From an uncultured delta proteobacterium (GTDB lineage Bacteria; Myxococcota_A; Polyangia; Haliangiales; Haliangiaceae): a DNA stretch of 64,000 nt. How positions within the stretch are numbered: the stretch's first letter is position 1; each line of letters opens with the position of its first letter. The DNA lies in assembly GCA_963848295.1 (NCBI GenBank), contig CAWKDB010000010.1:2976001-3040000 (forward strand), read 5' to 3'. The notes under the pieces are model-generated. The model ran no database searches, was not told where the DNA came from, and saw only the letters and a list, made by a program, of their open reading frames with translations. Position numbers and translations under genes: made by a program. Shown in pieces: positions 26,398 to 40,362 of the stretch.

Positions 26398-27335
26398 CCA
26401 TCGTCGTCACCGGCGCCACCGGGTTCATCGGTAGCGCGCTCGTCGCGAAGCTGCTCGAGCGGGGCGATGCCGTCACCGCGCTCACCCGCGATCCCGAACG
26501 CGCGAACCTCACCCCGGCCGGGGCGACGCTCGTGCGCGCCGAGCTCGAGGCGCCGGGCGCGTGGTGCGCTGCGCTCGCGCGCGCCGATGCGGTCGTCCAT
26601 CTCGCCGGTCAAGCGATCGCGGGTCGGCGCTGGGACGCGCGTTACAAGCAGCTGATCCGCGACAGTCGGGTCGAATCGACCCGCACGATCGTGGAGGCGA
26701 TCGGCAAGCTGCCTCCCGACGAGCGGCCACGCGCGCTGATCTGCGCGTCGGGAGCCGACTACTACCCGTTCGCGGTGGCCCCGCTCGACGACGACGAGGT
26801 GACCGAGAAAGATCGGCCTTCGGACAGCTTCCTCGGTCGACTGTGCCGCGACTGGGAGCGCGAGGCGCGCGCGGCCGCTGCGCTTGGCGTTCGGGTCGTC
26901 CGGATGCGCACCGGGCTCGTGCTCGGCTCGGGTGGCGCGCTCGCCGCGATGACCACACCGTTCAAGTTGTTCGCGGGAGGGCGGGTCGGCAACGGCAAGC
27001 AATGGGTGTCGTGGATCCATCTCGCCGATGCGGTCGCGGCCTACGTCGCGGCGATCGACGACGCGCGCTATGCCGGTCCGATCAACCTCGTCGCCGGCTC
27101 GGTTCGCGGCAAGCAGCTCGCCGCGGCGATCGGCAAGGCGGTGCGTCGCCCGAGCTGGTTGCCGGTGCCCGGCTTCGCGCTGCGCGCGGCCGTGGGCGAG
27201 CTCGCGGAGTACCTGCTCGAGGGTCGCAACGTCGTGCCGGCGAAGCTAAGAGCGCTTGGCTTTTCGTTCGAGCACCCCGAGCTCGGAGAAGCCGTCGCGG
27301 CGGCGCTCGCGGCGTCGCGCGCGGCGTCGCGTTAG
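26394..27335 (+). CDS. TIGR01777-type NAD-dependent epimerase/oxidoreductase
   Basis: TGATGFIG, VHLAG, SRVEST, CRDWE, RTGLVLG, SWIHLAD. Confidence 0.9.
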   Translation: MTIVVTGATGFIGSALVAKLLERGDAVTALTRDPERANLTPAGATLVRAELEAPGAWCAALARADAVVHLAGQAIAGRRWDARYKQLIRDSRVESTRTIVEAIGKLPPDERPRALICASGADYYPFAVAPLDDDEVTEKDRPSDSFLGRLCRDWEREARAAAALGVRVVRMRTGLVLGSGGALAAMTTPFKLFAGGRVGNGKQWVSWIHLADAVAAYVAAIDDARYAGPINLVAGSVRGKQLAAAIGKAVRRPSWLPVPGFALRAAVGELAEYLLEGRNVVPAKLRALGFSFEHPELGEAVAAALAASRAASR

Positions 27336-28138
27336 CGTCGGCCGTGGCCGCCGGCGTGCGCGACGCCGCCGATGTGGCCGCCACCAGCGAAGCGGCCGCC
27401 GCCGGCGCGGAAGTGGCCGCCGAAGTGACCGACGCGCACCGGGCCATGCACGATGCCGCCGTGACCATATCCGTATCCGTAGAAATGGCGCGGGTGGAGA
27501 TATCCGACGAAGCCGGGATAGAGCCCGAAGCCCCACCAGTACGGGCCGTAGCCGGCCCAGTACGGCCAGGCGTAGTCGACGTACGCCGAGTCATAGGTGG
27601 CGTCCGCGTACTGATCGCGGTCGACGCGATCGAACTGGGTACGCGACGCGACGGTGCGCGTCGGTGTGGTCACTTGCCAAAGCACCTGGAAGCCGGGGAG
27701 CTGCGCGTCGCTGTGCACGGTCGCTGGCACCGGGAAGTACAGATCGATGACGTGGCGCTGGTGCTGCGCGATCGCCACGACCGGCAGCGTCGGCACATCG
27801 GCGTTCGCAAACAGTGGGCCGCTCTGCCCTTCGCCGGCGATCTCGACGAGTTGCTTGCTGGTGTCGATCGTCCAGGGCACCGCATCGCCGTCGTTCGCGA
27901 CGATCATCCGCACGTGGAGCGCGGGCATCGTCGTGCCGCTGGGCGACAGTGCGGCGATTCCGTACGACGTGATCTGCACGGTGCCCTGCGGTGCCTCCTG
28001 CGGGATCGCGATGCTCTGCGCCGGCATGCCTGCCGCGACGGAGTTCGGGATGTCTGGCGCGTAGGCGTAGTCGGTCGTCGCGCATGCGCCGAGGCCGCAC
28101 GCGACGAGGACCGATGCAAGAATTTCTGACGTCTTCAT
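27332..28138 (-). CDS. Hypothetical lipoprotein with Gly/His-rich tail
   Basis: Lipobox LGAC; Tyr/Trp-rich segment followed by GGH repeats. Confidence 0.75.
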   Translation of the reverse strand: MKTSEILASVLVACGLGACATTDYAYAPDIPNSVAAGMPAQSIAIPQEAPQGTVQITSYGIAALSPSGTTMPALHVRMIVANDGDAVPWTIDTSKQLVEIAGEGQSGPLFANADVPTLPVVAIAQHQRHVIDLYFPVPATVHSDAQLPGFQVLWQVTTPTRTVASRTQFDRVDRDQYADATYDSAYVDYAWPYWAGYGPYWWGFGLYPGFVGYLHPRHFYGYGYGHGGIVHGPVRVGHFGGHFRAGGGRFAGGGHIGGVAHAGGHGRR

Positions 28139-28195
28139 GGTGAGTCCTCGGCGACCTACGCTGCATCGCGCGTGCCGCGAGCTCACGTACGCGCG

Positions 28196-29014
28196 CTACT
28201 CGAGCTCGAACTCGGCGTGCACGATCGTGAAGATGTCTTTCTGGAGCGAGCTCGTATCGTTGTTGCCGGTGTCGGAGGTCTGGGTCGAGTTCGCCGGATT
28301 GACGTTGATGATGCCCATGTCGGCGACGAGCAGCTTGCCGATATCGGCGCCGCCCGTCGTCTTGACGATGTTCTCGGCGCGTGCGCGCGCGTCTTTGCCG
28401 GCGGCGGCGAGCATCTCGACCTTGAGCTCGCCGAGTCGCGTGTAGAAGTATTGCGGCTCGGCCGAAGCGATCGACACGCCTTGCTCGAGCAGCGACGTGA
28501 TCTCGCGCGACGCACGCTCCACGCGCTTGACGTCGTGCGACTCGACCGTGATCGATTCGCGGGTGACGAACCCCTTCGGGATCTTCTTCTCGGTGTGAGT
28601 GGCGACGTTCGAGTTGTTCGGCCCGACGGGCAGGACCTTGACCTCGTCGATCGTGTCGAACTCTTGCTCGAACGTCGTGGAGGACGGCTGGATCTCGTCG
28701 GGTTTGATCCCCTGCGCCTGGAGAAACGCCACGGCCTTGTCGCGCTCCTCGTGCAAGATCTTGTAGGCCTCGGTGCGGTCGGCGGCATGCGCCTCTAGGG
28801 TCGCCGTCCACTCGATCAGGTCCGACACGATCTGTTTGTGCGCGGAGCCGGTGACCTTGAGCATCCGCTTCTCGGGGCGGACTCGTACGCTGTGCCAGGT
28901 GCTGAAGCCGATCGCGGTCGACCACACCATCGCGCCCGCGAGCGCGACCAGCCCGAGCGGGCGAAGGTCGAGCCAGCGGGGGACCTCGCGGTGTTTCTTG
29001 AGAGGCGTTTCCAT
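28196..29014 (-). CDS. SIMPL (DUF541) domain protein
   Basis: N-terminal TM, VTGSA..VSDLIEW, DARARAE. Confidence 0.85.
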   Translation of the reverse strand: METPLKKHREVPRWLDLRPLGLVALAGAMVWSTAIGFSTWHSVRVRPEKRMLKVTGSAHKQIVSDLIEWTATLEAHAADRTEAYKILHEERDKAVAFLQAQGIKPDEIQPSSTTFEQEFDTIDEVKVLPVGPNNSNVATHTEKKIPKGFVTRESITVESHDVKRVERASREITSLLEQGVSIASAEPQYFYTRLGELKVEMLAAAGKDARARAENIVKTTGGADIGKLLVADMGIINVNPANSTQTSDTGNNDTSSLQKDIFTIVHAEFELE

Positions 29015-29062
29015 CGAGCGCTCCTGTGGGTAGGTGGCGATCGAAGGCGCAGGGCGCAGGAA

Positions 29063-30298
<1,236 letters not shown>

Positions 30299-30340
30299 GG
30301 CCGGCAGTGTGACAAGCCGTCACACTCGAAGCAACTGAAA

Positions 30341-30606
30341 TGGTGACGCTGTCTCTTCTGTCAACTTGTAGATCCCGCCCTACCGGCCATCTAGCTGTCT
30401 TGATGAGAAGATTTTGGTGACGCTGTCTCTATTGTCAACTTGTGGAGAAGATTTTGGTGAGAAGATTTTGGTGACGCTGTCTCTATTGTCAACTTGTGGC
30501 GCGGTGCCATCGTTGTTTCGCGATATCGCGGGCACGCCACGATCAACCGCCTTCCCCGTCCGGAGCCGAGGATTGCGTCCGGTTGTCAAAGTGAACACCG
30601 TCCCCA
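30341..30606. repeat. Dispersed repeat locus D (3 direct + copies, periods 74 and 54 bp, plus 1 inverted variant copy)
   Basis: Copies at 30341, 30415 and 30469; 30581-30606 is the reverse complement of TGGGGACGGTGTTCACTTTGACAACC. Confidence 0.9.
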
Positions 30607-30607
30607 C

Positions 30608-31273
30608 TCAGTCCGGAAGGTCGACGCACCAGCGCAGCGCCGTCCGGCACTCGTCCCACGCCGCTTCATCCGGCACGAGGTACGGCGACTCGAGCGTGAC
30701 GACTTCGAGCCCGCGCTCGATCCCGTACTTGCAGCCGAACGAGCCCGGCGTCGGATAGCCCATGTCGGGCTCGGCGGGATAGCCGCACATCCCGGCCATC
30801 GCGCGCGCAAGCTCCTCACCGCAGCCATCCCAGTTGACCATGCGATAGGTCGAGTGGAGCGCGACCAGGCGATGCGCGGCGATGCGATCGATGAGCTCGA
30901 CGAGCGCGCGAGTCTCCGGCTGATCCTCGGCCGCGCCGCCGGGGTTGTAGCCGGGCCGGCGCTGCGTACCCCACGATGCGGTCGCGAAGTTGCGATTGAG
31001 ATCGACGTCGTTCGCGTTGTTGCGCGTGCCGGCGAGCACGCCATCGACGTTCACACACGGGATGATCCACGTATCGCGCCCGGGCGGACGCTCGACGAGG
31101 TCGTCGCATAGCCGTTCGAGCATCAGCTGAGTCACCGCCTCATCGCCGTGGATCGCCCCGAACAGCAGCGCGGGTGGGCGAGGCTTCGCGTAGCTCGGCG
31201 GCAGGAAGTGCACCGCTTCGATCGGTCGGCCGAGGACGGTCTTGCCGATCACGAGCTCGCGGCGATGATTCAC
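30608..31273 (-). CDS. mpaA: Murein peptide amidase A-like M14 zinc carboxypeptidase
   Basis: GAIHGDE, NVDG..RNNANDVDLNRNF, PET, LH, GYPTPGSFG, TLE. Confidence 0.85.
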   Translation of the reverse strand: MNHRRELVIGKTVLGRPIEAVHFLPPSYAKPRPPALLFGAIHGDEAVTQLMLERLCDDLVERPPGRDTWIIPCVNVDGVLAGTRNNANDVDLNRNFATASWGTQRRPGYNPGGAAEDQPETRALVELIDRIAAHRLVALHSTYRMVNWDGCGEELARAMAGMCGYPAEPDMGYPTPGSFGCKYGIERGLEVVTLESPYLVPDEAAWDECRTALRWCVDLPD

Positions 31274-32595
31274 TCGAGCTTCTTTCCAAACACGGTCGCG
31301 AGGCCGTAGCCGGTGAGCACGACGTACGTCGTCTCCTGAACCCAGCCGAGCAGCGACGTATACGGGCTCTTCGAGATCGCGTCGCCGATGCCACCCGCGA
31401 TGATGACGCCGGTGAGGTGAGTCAACGCCGGCCACACGATCAGCAAGAATGCGATGATCTTCGCCCCACCCGCGGTCGGCGATGGCATCCACGCGAGCAG
31501 CGCGAGCACCACGAGCACGAGGTTCGCGAAGTCCAAGATCGACGTGACCTTCGCCGAGCCCGGCGCGTCGATCAGCGCCTGGATCTTGCCGACGATCGGG
31601 AGCTCTCCACCCACGGGCACGAGCAACGGCACGAGCACGCACAGCACGCCGATCGTGACGAGGATGCGCGGCAACATCGACTCGCGATACTCGTGACGTA
31701 CGAGCAGACCGGGGATCAGCGTGATCACTGCGCCGAGCTCGACCAGCGTGGTCCAATCCGGGATGTCGCCCTGCACGATCGCGACGATCACCGGCACGAA
31801 GATACCGGCGAGCCCGAGCAACGCCGCGAGCACGCCGCGCGGCAACGGCTGCATCGGGATCGCGGCGATCACGATCCCGAGCAGGCCGACCGAGGCCATG
31901 AGCAGCATCGGCAGCTTCGCTAGGCCCTCGCCGTGGAGCAGCGTGTCCCAGTTAAAGCCGATCGGATCGGTGCTGGTCGGCGTCGCGAACGCGGCGAGCA
32001 TGAGCACGCCCCACACGAACATCACGAGCCGCAGCGAATCTTTCCACGGCTCGATCGGATAGCCGGCGCGCGCGGCGGTCTGCGAAGCGAGGTACGGCGG
32101 TACCGATGCGACGGGGATCGGACCCGCGGCAGGGATCGGCCCGATCTGATACGCGCCGGCGTTCGGCGGCGGTTGCGACGGATTTTGCGAGCGCTGATAG
32201 CTCTGCAGCGGCGCGGGTGCTGGTTGGGGCTGTCCACCTTGCACGAACACGGTGGCGGCGTGAGCGGGTGCGACCGGGACGTAATTCGGATGACCGGGCG
32301 GATAATTCGGCTGCGATCCACCCTGCGAAGCCGGAGCGATCGGCGCGGCACCGTAGCCGGGCGGCGGCTGCGAAGCGGGCTGCGAGCGCGGGGGCGAGTA
32401 CGGCGCGACCGCCGGTGCGTTCGCCGGCATCGGGCTGCCGCCGGCCTTCAGGGCGTCGACCATGTCGGTCGACGAGTACCCCATCACGGTCTTGGCCATC
32501 GCCGGCTGCGACGACGGCGGCTGCTTGGCGCCGCAGAACACGCAGTGCTGGGCGGCTTCCGGCAGGTCCTTCGTGCAGCTAGCGCATTTCTTCAA
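31270..32595 (-). CDS. Zinc-ribbon, Pro-rich, multi-TM hypothetical protein
   Basis: CASC..CVFC at the N-terminus; about 8 hydrophobic segments. Confidence 0.8.
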   Translation of the reverse strand: MKKCASCTKDLPEAAQHCVFCGAKQPPSSQPAMAKTVMGYSSTDMVDALKAGGSPMPANAPAVAPYSPPRSQPASQPPPGYGAAPIAPASQGGSQPNYPPGHPNYVPVAPAHAATVFVQGGQPQPAPAPLQSYQRSQNPSQPPPNAGAYQIGPIPAAGPIPVASVPPYLASQTAARAGYPIEPWKDSLRLVMFVWGVLMLAAFATPTSTDPIGFNWDTLLHGEGLAKLPMLLMASVGLLGIVIAAIPMQPLPRGVLAALLGLAGIFVPVIVAIVQGDIPDWTTLVELGAVITLIPGLLVRHEYRESMLPRILVTIGVLCVLVPLLVPVGGELPIVGKIQALIDAPGSAKVTSILDFANLVLVVLALLAWMPSPTAGGAKIIAFLLIVWPALTHLTGVIIAGGIGDAISKSPYTSLLGWVQETTYVVLTGYGLATVFGKKLE

Positions 32596-32671
32596 GTGTC
32601 CCCCACGAGAGTGGAGAATATACGGCGGACGACGCGTGCGCTGTCAAACGCGGCCGTGATGTACTGCCGAC

Positions 32672-33982
32672 ATGGTCAGCCTCGGGGACGTCAAGCGCAG
32701 CGCCGCGACGTTGTTCGCGCAGGGCCAACACCTCGCCGCCCTCCGGCTTTACGATGCACTGCTAGCGGTAGCGCCGCTCGACTTCGATGCGCGGATCCGG
32801 CTCGCCGACTGCGCCCTCGCCATGGGAGATGCTCGCGCCGCTGACATCTATCGCGCTACCGGTTGGTATTGCATCAAGGCCGGGCATCCGCTCGCCGCGC
32901 TCGTGTGCACGCGGGTGCTCGAGGCGCACGGCGCGGACGTCTCGGATCTGATCGCGTCGCTGGTCGTCACCTACGGGAGCGAGAGCGACATGCTCGGCAA
33001 GGTCGCTTCGCGCGTCGCCTTGCCGCCCGAAACGATCGCCGTCGCCGTGCCGGACGTTCGACTGGCGGCACCGCCCGATGCCGTCGCGACCGCGATCGCG
33101 CGGGCCGAGCATGCGACCGACGCGTTCCAGGACTACCCCGAGGCGCTGCACCCGATCCCGCTGTTATCCGCGATGTCGGAAGCGGCGTTTCGCCGCGTGC
33201 TCGGTACGATCTTGTTGCGCCGGTTGCCGGTGGGCGAATTCGTCGTGCGCGAAGGCGAGGCGGGGCAATCGTTCTTCTTCGTCGCGAGCGGCCAGCTCCG
33301 CGTGTTCGCGACCGACGGCCTTGGCCGCCACACCGAGCTCGCCCAGCTCGGCGAAGGCGCGGTGTTCGGTGAGATGGCGCTGCTCTCGGCGCAGCCGCGC
33401 ACCGCGAGCGTCGGCTGCTTGTCAGACGTCGATCTGTTCGAAGTCGGCAAGCAATCGCTCGCGACGCTCGCCGACGAGCTCGGCGCGGTCGCCGTCGCCT
33501 TGCACGGCTTCACGCGCGAGCGCCTGCTCGGGAATCTCATGGCCACCAGTCCACTGTTCAAGCCGTTCAACCGGATGCAACAACGCGATCTCCTACGCCG
33601 CTTCACGAGCCATGACGTGGCGCCGGGCACCGTCGTGATCAGCGAAGGCGAAGACGGCCGCGGCCTGTTCGTCGTGCTGTCCGGAGAGCTCGAAGTCTCG
33701 CGTCGCGCCTCCGATGCCACGACCGTACCGCTCGGCGCCCTCAAGACCGGCGACGTCTTCGGCGAGATGTCGCTGCTCCGCCACGGCAAGACCACCGCCA
33801 CCGTGGCCGCGCAACGCCCCGCGACCGTCCTGTTCCTGGCGCGCGAGTACGTCGACCGCATCGTCGCCGGCGTCCCCGAAATCAAAGCCTACCTCGAGGC
33901 ACTCGCCGAAGACCGCGACATCGACAACCAGCTAGCGCTCGGCGAAGACGAATCACCCGCTGACGAGCGAGTCCTCATCTGA
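32672..33982 (+). CDS. Protein with two cyclic-nucleotide-binding domains
   Basis: FGEMALL..PRTASV and FGEMSLL..TTATV; TPR-like N-terminus. Confidence 0.9.
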   Translation: MVSLGDVKRSAATLFAQGQHLAALRLYDALLAVAPLDFDARIRLADCALAMGDARAADIYRATGWYCIKAGHPLAALVCTRVLEAHGADVSDLIASLVVTYGSESDMLGKVASRVALPPETIAVAVPDVRLAAPPDAVATAIARAEHATDAFQDYPEALHPIPLLSAMSEAAFRRVLGTILLRRLPVGEFVVREGEAGQSFFFVASGQLRVFATDGLGRHTELAQLGEGAVFGEMALLSAQPRTASVGCLSDVDLFEVGKQSLATLADELGAVAVALHGFTRERLLGNLMATSPLFKPFNRMQQRDLLRRFTSHDVAPGTVVISEGEDGRGLFVVLSGELEVSRRASDATTVPLGALKTGDVFGEMSLLRHGKTTATVAAQRPATVLFLAREYVDRIVAGVPEIKAYLEALAEDRDIDNQLALGEDESPADERVLI

Positions 33983-33986
33983 GCGA

Positions 33987-34092
33987 TGGTGACGCTGTCT
34001 CTTTTGTCACCTTGTGGCGAAGCGCGATCCTTCGAACTCGCTGATTTCTAAGAAGGAACCATGGTGACGCTGTCTCTTTTGTCACCTTGTGG
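33987..34092 (+). repeat. Dispersed repeat locus E (2 identical direct copies, period 75 bp)
   Basis: TGGTGACGCTGTCTCTTTTGTCACCTTGTGG at 33987 and 34062. Confidence 0.92.
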
Positions 34093-34154
34093 GCGGCAGG
34101 AGTCTCCGTCGTCTACGCCGTGCCCCGGCTGGTTGCGCGGCTATACTAAGAGCT

Positions 34155-36013
<1,859 letters not shown>

Positions 36014-36014
<1 letters not shown>

Positions 36015-36514
36015 TGCATCGCTGGTTCGGACCGACGGCGAAGCTCGCCGGCATCGCGCTGATCCTCGTGGTGCTGGTCGGGCGTCGCGTGGCGCGAGCG
36101 TTCGACGTCTGGTACGTGAACGACCTGATCGACGCGCACGCGCATGTCACGATCGCGCTGCTCGCGGTCGTCACGATCGGCGCGGTGGTGTCGTTGTTCT
36201 CGCACTCGAGTACGCTCGCGTTCTTCGTCGTCGCGTTGTCCGCGGTGCTCCTGGTCGTACTCGCATTGCGAGCGTTCACCGCAGAGCGCGACGCCGGCGC
36301 GATCTATCCTCCAGCGCTGGTCGCGCTCGGGCTCGTCATGCTCGGCGTCGCGCAGACGCCGCCGGCCGACCCCCACGGCGACGAGGTCGGCGAGCTCGTC
36401 GCCGGCAAGCGCCATGGCGAGTGGTTCATCTATCATCCAAACGGCGTGCTCGCCGAGACCCGGCGCTACGACCAGGGCGCGATCGTCGAGGCCAAGCCAT
36501 ACCTCCCGAAGTGA
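36014..36514 (+). CDS. Hypothetical membrane protein with a MORN-like C-terminal motif
   Basis: Four hydrophobic segments then GKRHGEWFIYHPNG; GTG overlaps the upstream stop. Confidence 0.6.
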
Positions 36515-36611
36515 TCACCGCTCGGTGATCGAAGCGTCAGCTGGCCGGCATCCCCGAGAGGCCGTCGCCGGCGACGAGCACGAGCCGGCCCGCGTCGAGG
36601 TCGACCGGAGC

Positions 36612-37094
36612 TCAAAGCGCGAGCGTGCATCGCGCACCTTGGCCGGGGCTCTCCGCGACCGTCACCTCGAGCGCGCGGACGTGCGGAGCGCCGAGCTCGG
36701 TCAGCCGCGTGCGCAACAACTCCGCGACGTAGGCCGCGAGCGCCTCGACCGAGATATTGTCGATCGGCAGCAGCAGCGCGTCCTGGCGCGGCAGCACGTA
36801 GCGCTCGCCGCACAGCATGAACTCGAGCTCGGTGTCGTCGCGCACGACCTCGAAGTACGGGTTCGTCCCGGCGAGCAGCACGTGCTCTTTCCATTCGGCG
36901 CACAGCGCCGCGAGCGCAGCCTTCAGCGGAGCGAACGGGATCATCGCTTCGAGATCGACGCGATCGACCTCGAGCTCGACCGCGATCGTGTAGTTGTGCC
37001 CGTGCAGGCGCTCTTTGGTGCGATCCGGGAACACCGTCATGTGCGCGACGGAGAACTTGTACTGCTCGCGCGCGAGCACGATGCGATGACTCAC
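36612..37094 (-). CDS. queD: 6-carboxytetrahydropterin synthase / PTPS family protein
   Basis: FSVAH, ERLHGHNY, NISVEALA, VAESPGQ. Confidence 0.85.
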   Translation of the reverse strand: MSHRIVLAREQYKFSVAHMTVFPDRTKERLHGHNYTIAVELEVDRVDLEAMIPFAPLKAALAALCAEWKEHVLLAGTNPYFEVVRDDTELEFMLCGERYVLPRQDALLLPIDNISVEALAAYVAELLRTRLTELGAPHVRALEVTVAESPGQGARCTLAL

Positions 37095-37208
37095 CGCCCG
37101 ACAGTACCAGCTGGCACGTCATGTTCACGTAGGTGCGCTACTTGCGCGATCGTGACGGCAGGTCGCGATAGGCACATCCAAACGAGCTCGCGGCCCGTAT
37201 GACTGTCG

Positions 37209-38120
37209 ATGACCCATATAATCGTCGGAGGTCTCGTGGTGCTCGCCGCTTGCTCGCTCCCGGTCATGAGGGAAGGCGGCGGCCGGGGCGATCCATCGGC
37301 TCCTGACGCGACGCTGGCGCCCGTCGACAGCGGCGGCGCCATGGCGATCGATGCCGCGCCGGCGACGTGCAACGGCTACGAGCCGTGCCGGATCAACCCG
37401 GTGGTCGCACCGGCCGGCTACACGCCGAGCGCGGGCGTGCACTACGACGAGTACGGGGTCTACGGCACGTGCCAGGACTGGGCCGACTGCGGCATGTGGA
37501 ACACGCACTACACGTCGAACTGGGTCGATTCGGGCGGCAACCCGGTGAACCCGTACTACAACCGGATGGGCTCGCCGTTCCCGTGGACGAACGCGCGCTA
37601 CGAGATCGACGTCGATCCCGGCAAGGTCGAGTACGCGAAGCTCCACATGATGGCGGCCGGCGATCCATTCGCGTTTAGCGACGGCACCAAGGAGATCCGG
37701 ACCGATCGGACCACCGGCGCCACGACCTGCTTCCAACGCGGCGCGAGCCCGATCAAGACGCTCATGCTCGGCAACCTCGGCGGCACGGGAACGTTCGGTG
37801 AGGTCGACTGGAACATCAGCGTTCTGCCGGGTGACATGGGCAACACCGGCAACGCCTCGAGGTGCTCCGGTACGGGGGCGACGACGTGGATCTCGATCAC
37901 CACGGACGAGCAGCTCGCGGCGACCACGCTCAACAGCCAAGGCAAGCCGGTCTATTGCTTGCTGCGCGAAGGCCAGGACTACTACGTCAACTTCACGAGC
38001 CGCGGGGTGTGGCAGAACGTCGATTGCTCCCAGAGCACGTGCAAGATGGGCGGCTTTCAGATCACGAACCTCACGACCGAGGACGGCAGCGCCGCGGTCA
38101 ACGGCGTGCCGTGTGACTAG
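37209..38120 (+). CDS. Secreted or lipid-anchored Cys-rich hypothetical protein
   Basis: LAAC lipobox-like signal; many Cys/Trp/Gly; strong GC3 codon bias. Confidence 0.8.
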   Translation: MTHIIVGGLVVLAACSLPVMREGGGRGDPSAPDATLAPVDSGGAMAIDAAPATCNGYEPCRINPVVAPAGYTPSAGVHYDEYGVYGTCQDWADCGMWNTHYTSNWVDSGGNPVNPYYNRMGSPFPWTNARYEIDVDPGKVEYAKLHMMAAGDPFAFSDGTKEIRTDRTTGATTCFQRGASPIKTLMLGNLGGTGTFGEVDWNISVLPGDMGNTGNASRCSGTGATTWISITTDEQLAATTLNSQGKPVYCLLREGQDYYVNFTSRGVWQNVDCSQSTCKMGGFQITNLTTEDGSAAVNGVPCD

Positions 38121-38325
38121 TCCGCACCCTCGCGCAGCAGGCAGTACACGGGTTGGCCTTGCCCGTTGACGGTCTGCGCCTTGATCGGAGCTACTGCATC
38201 AACTTGATGAGCGCGGGCACGAGCAACCCGACACGGCGACGTGCAGCATGGGTGGGCTGACGATCGCGAACTTCGTCGGCTCCGACGGCTCACAGGCACC
38301 CCAAGTCGGCGTTCCCTGTCCGTGA
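38118..38325. pseudogene. Silent paralogous C-terminal module of the upstream gene, with its first ~75 bp inverted
   Basis: Minus-strand 38118-38193 encodes QTVNGQGQPVYCLLREGAD; plus strand continues YCINLMS../TATCSMGGLTIANFVGSDGSQAPQVGVPCP*. Confidence 0.75.
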
Positions 38326-38330
38326 GGTGA

Positions 38331-40070
<1,740 letters not shown>

Positions 40071-40183
40071 GAGCTCTGCAATTCGTTGCGCCCGCTCCGG
40101 AGCCGCGTGACATGGATGTCGTAGCGCGGGCTCGTCAGAGTTCGGGTCGAGGCCACTCGGTAGCACGAGAATTCTTAGAAAAC

Positions 40184-40346
40184 AAGCGATTGCGATGGGT
40201 CCTGCCAGACTGGCCCATCGCTTGCTTCATTGGTGGACCACAAGTCAAAAAGCGGTCGGTTATTCCTAAGCCCCGACCGTCTCCAACTAGTCTAGTTCGT
40301 TAGAAAGTCGCGAGTGTCCGGGTTGCCGCCCGGACATTCGCATTTT
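40184..40346 (+). ncRNA. Candidate three-hairpin structured RNA (or structured rng leader plus terminator)
   Basis: Stems at 40184-40227, 40252-40280 and 40310-40341, the last followed by ATTTT. Confidence 0.4.
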
Positions 40347-40362
40347 CGGGCCCGCGCCGAGA

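Noticed and set aside
30341..30499. Canonical CRISPR array
   Set aside because: At most three repeats per locus, irregular second spacer, copies scattered in both orientations and no cas genes; reported as a dispersed repeat instead
30414..30758. Family of small ORFs sharing VTLSLLSTCG or VDKRDSV peptides
   Set aside because: These are translations of the non-coding dispersed repeat in different frames
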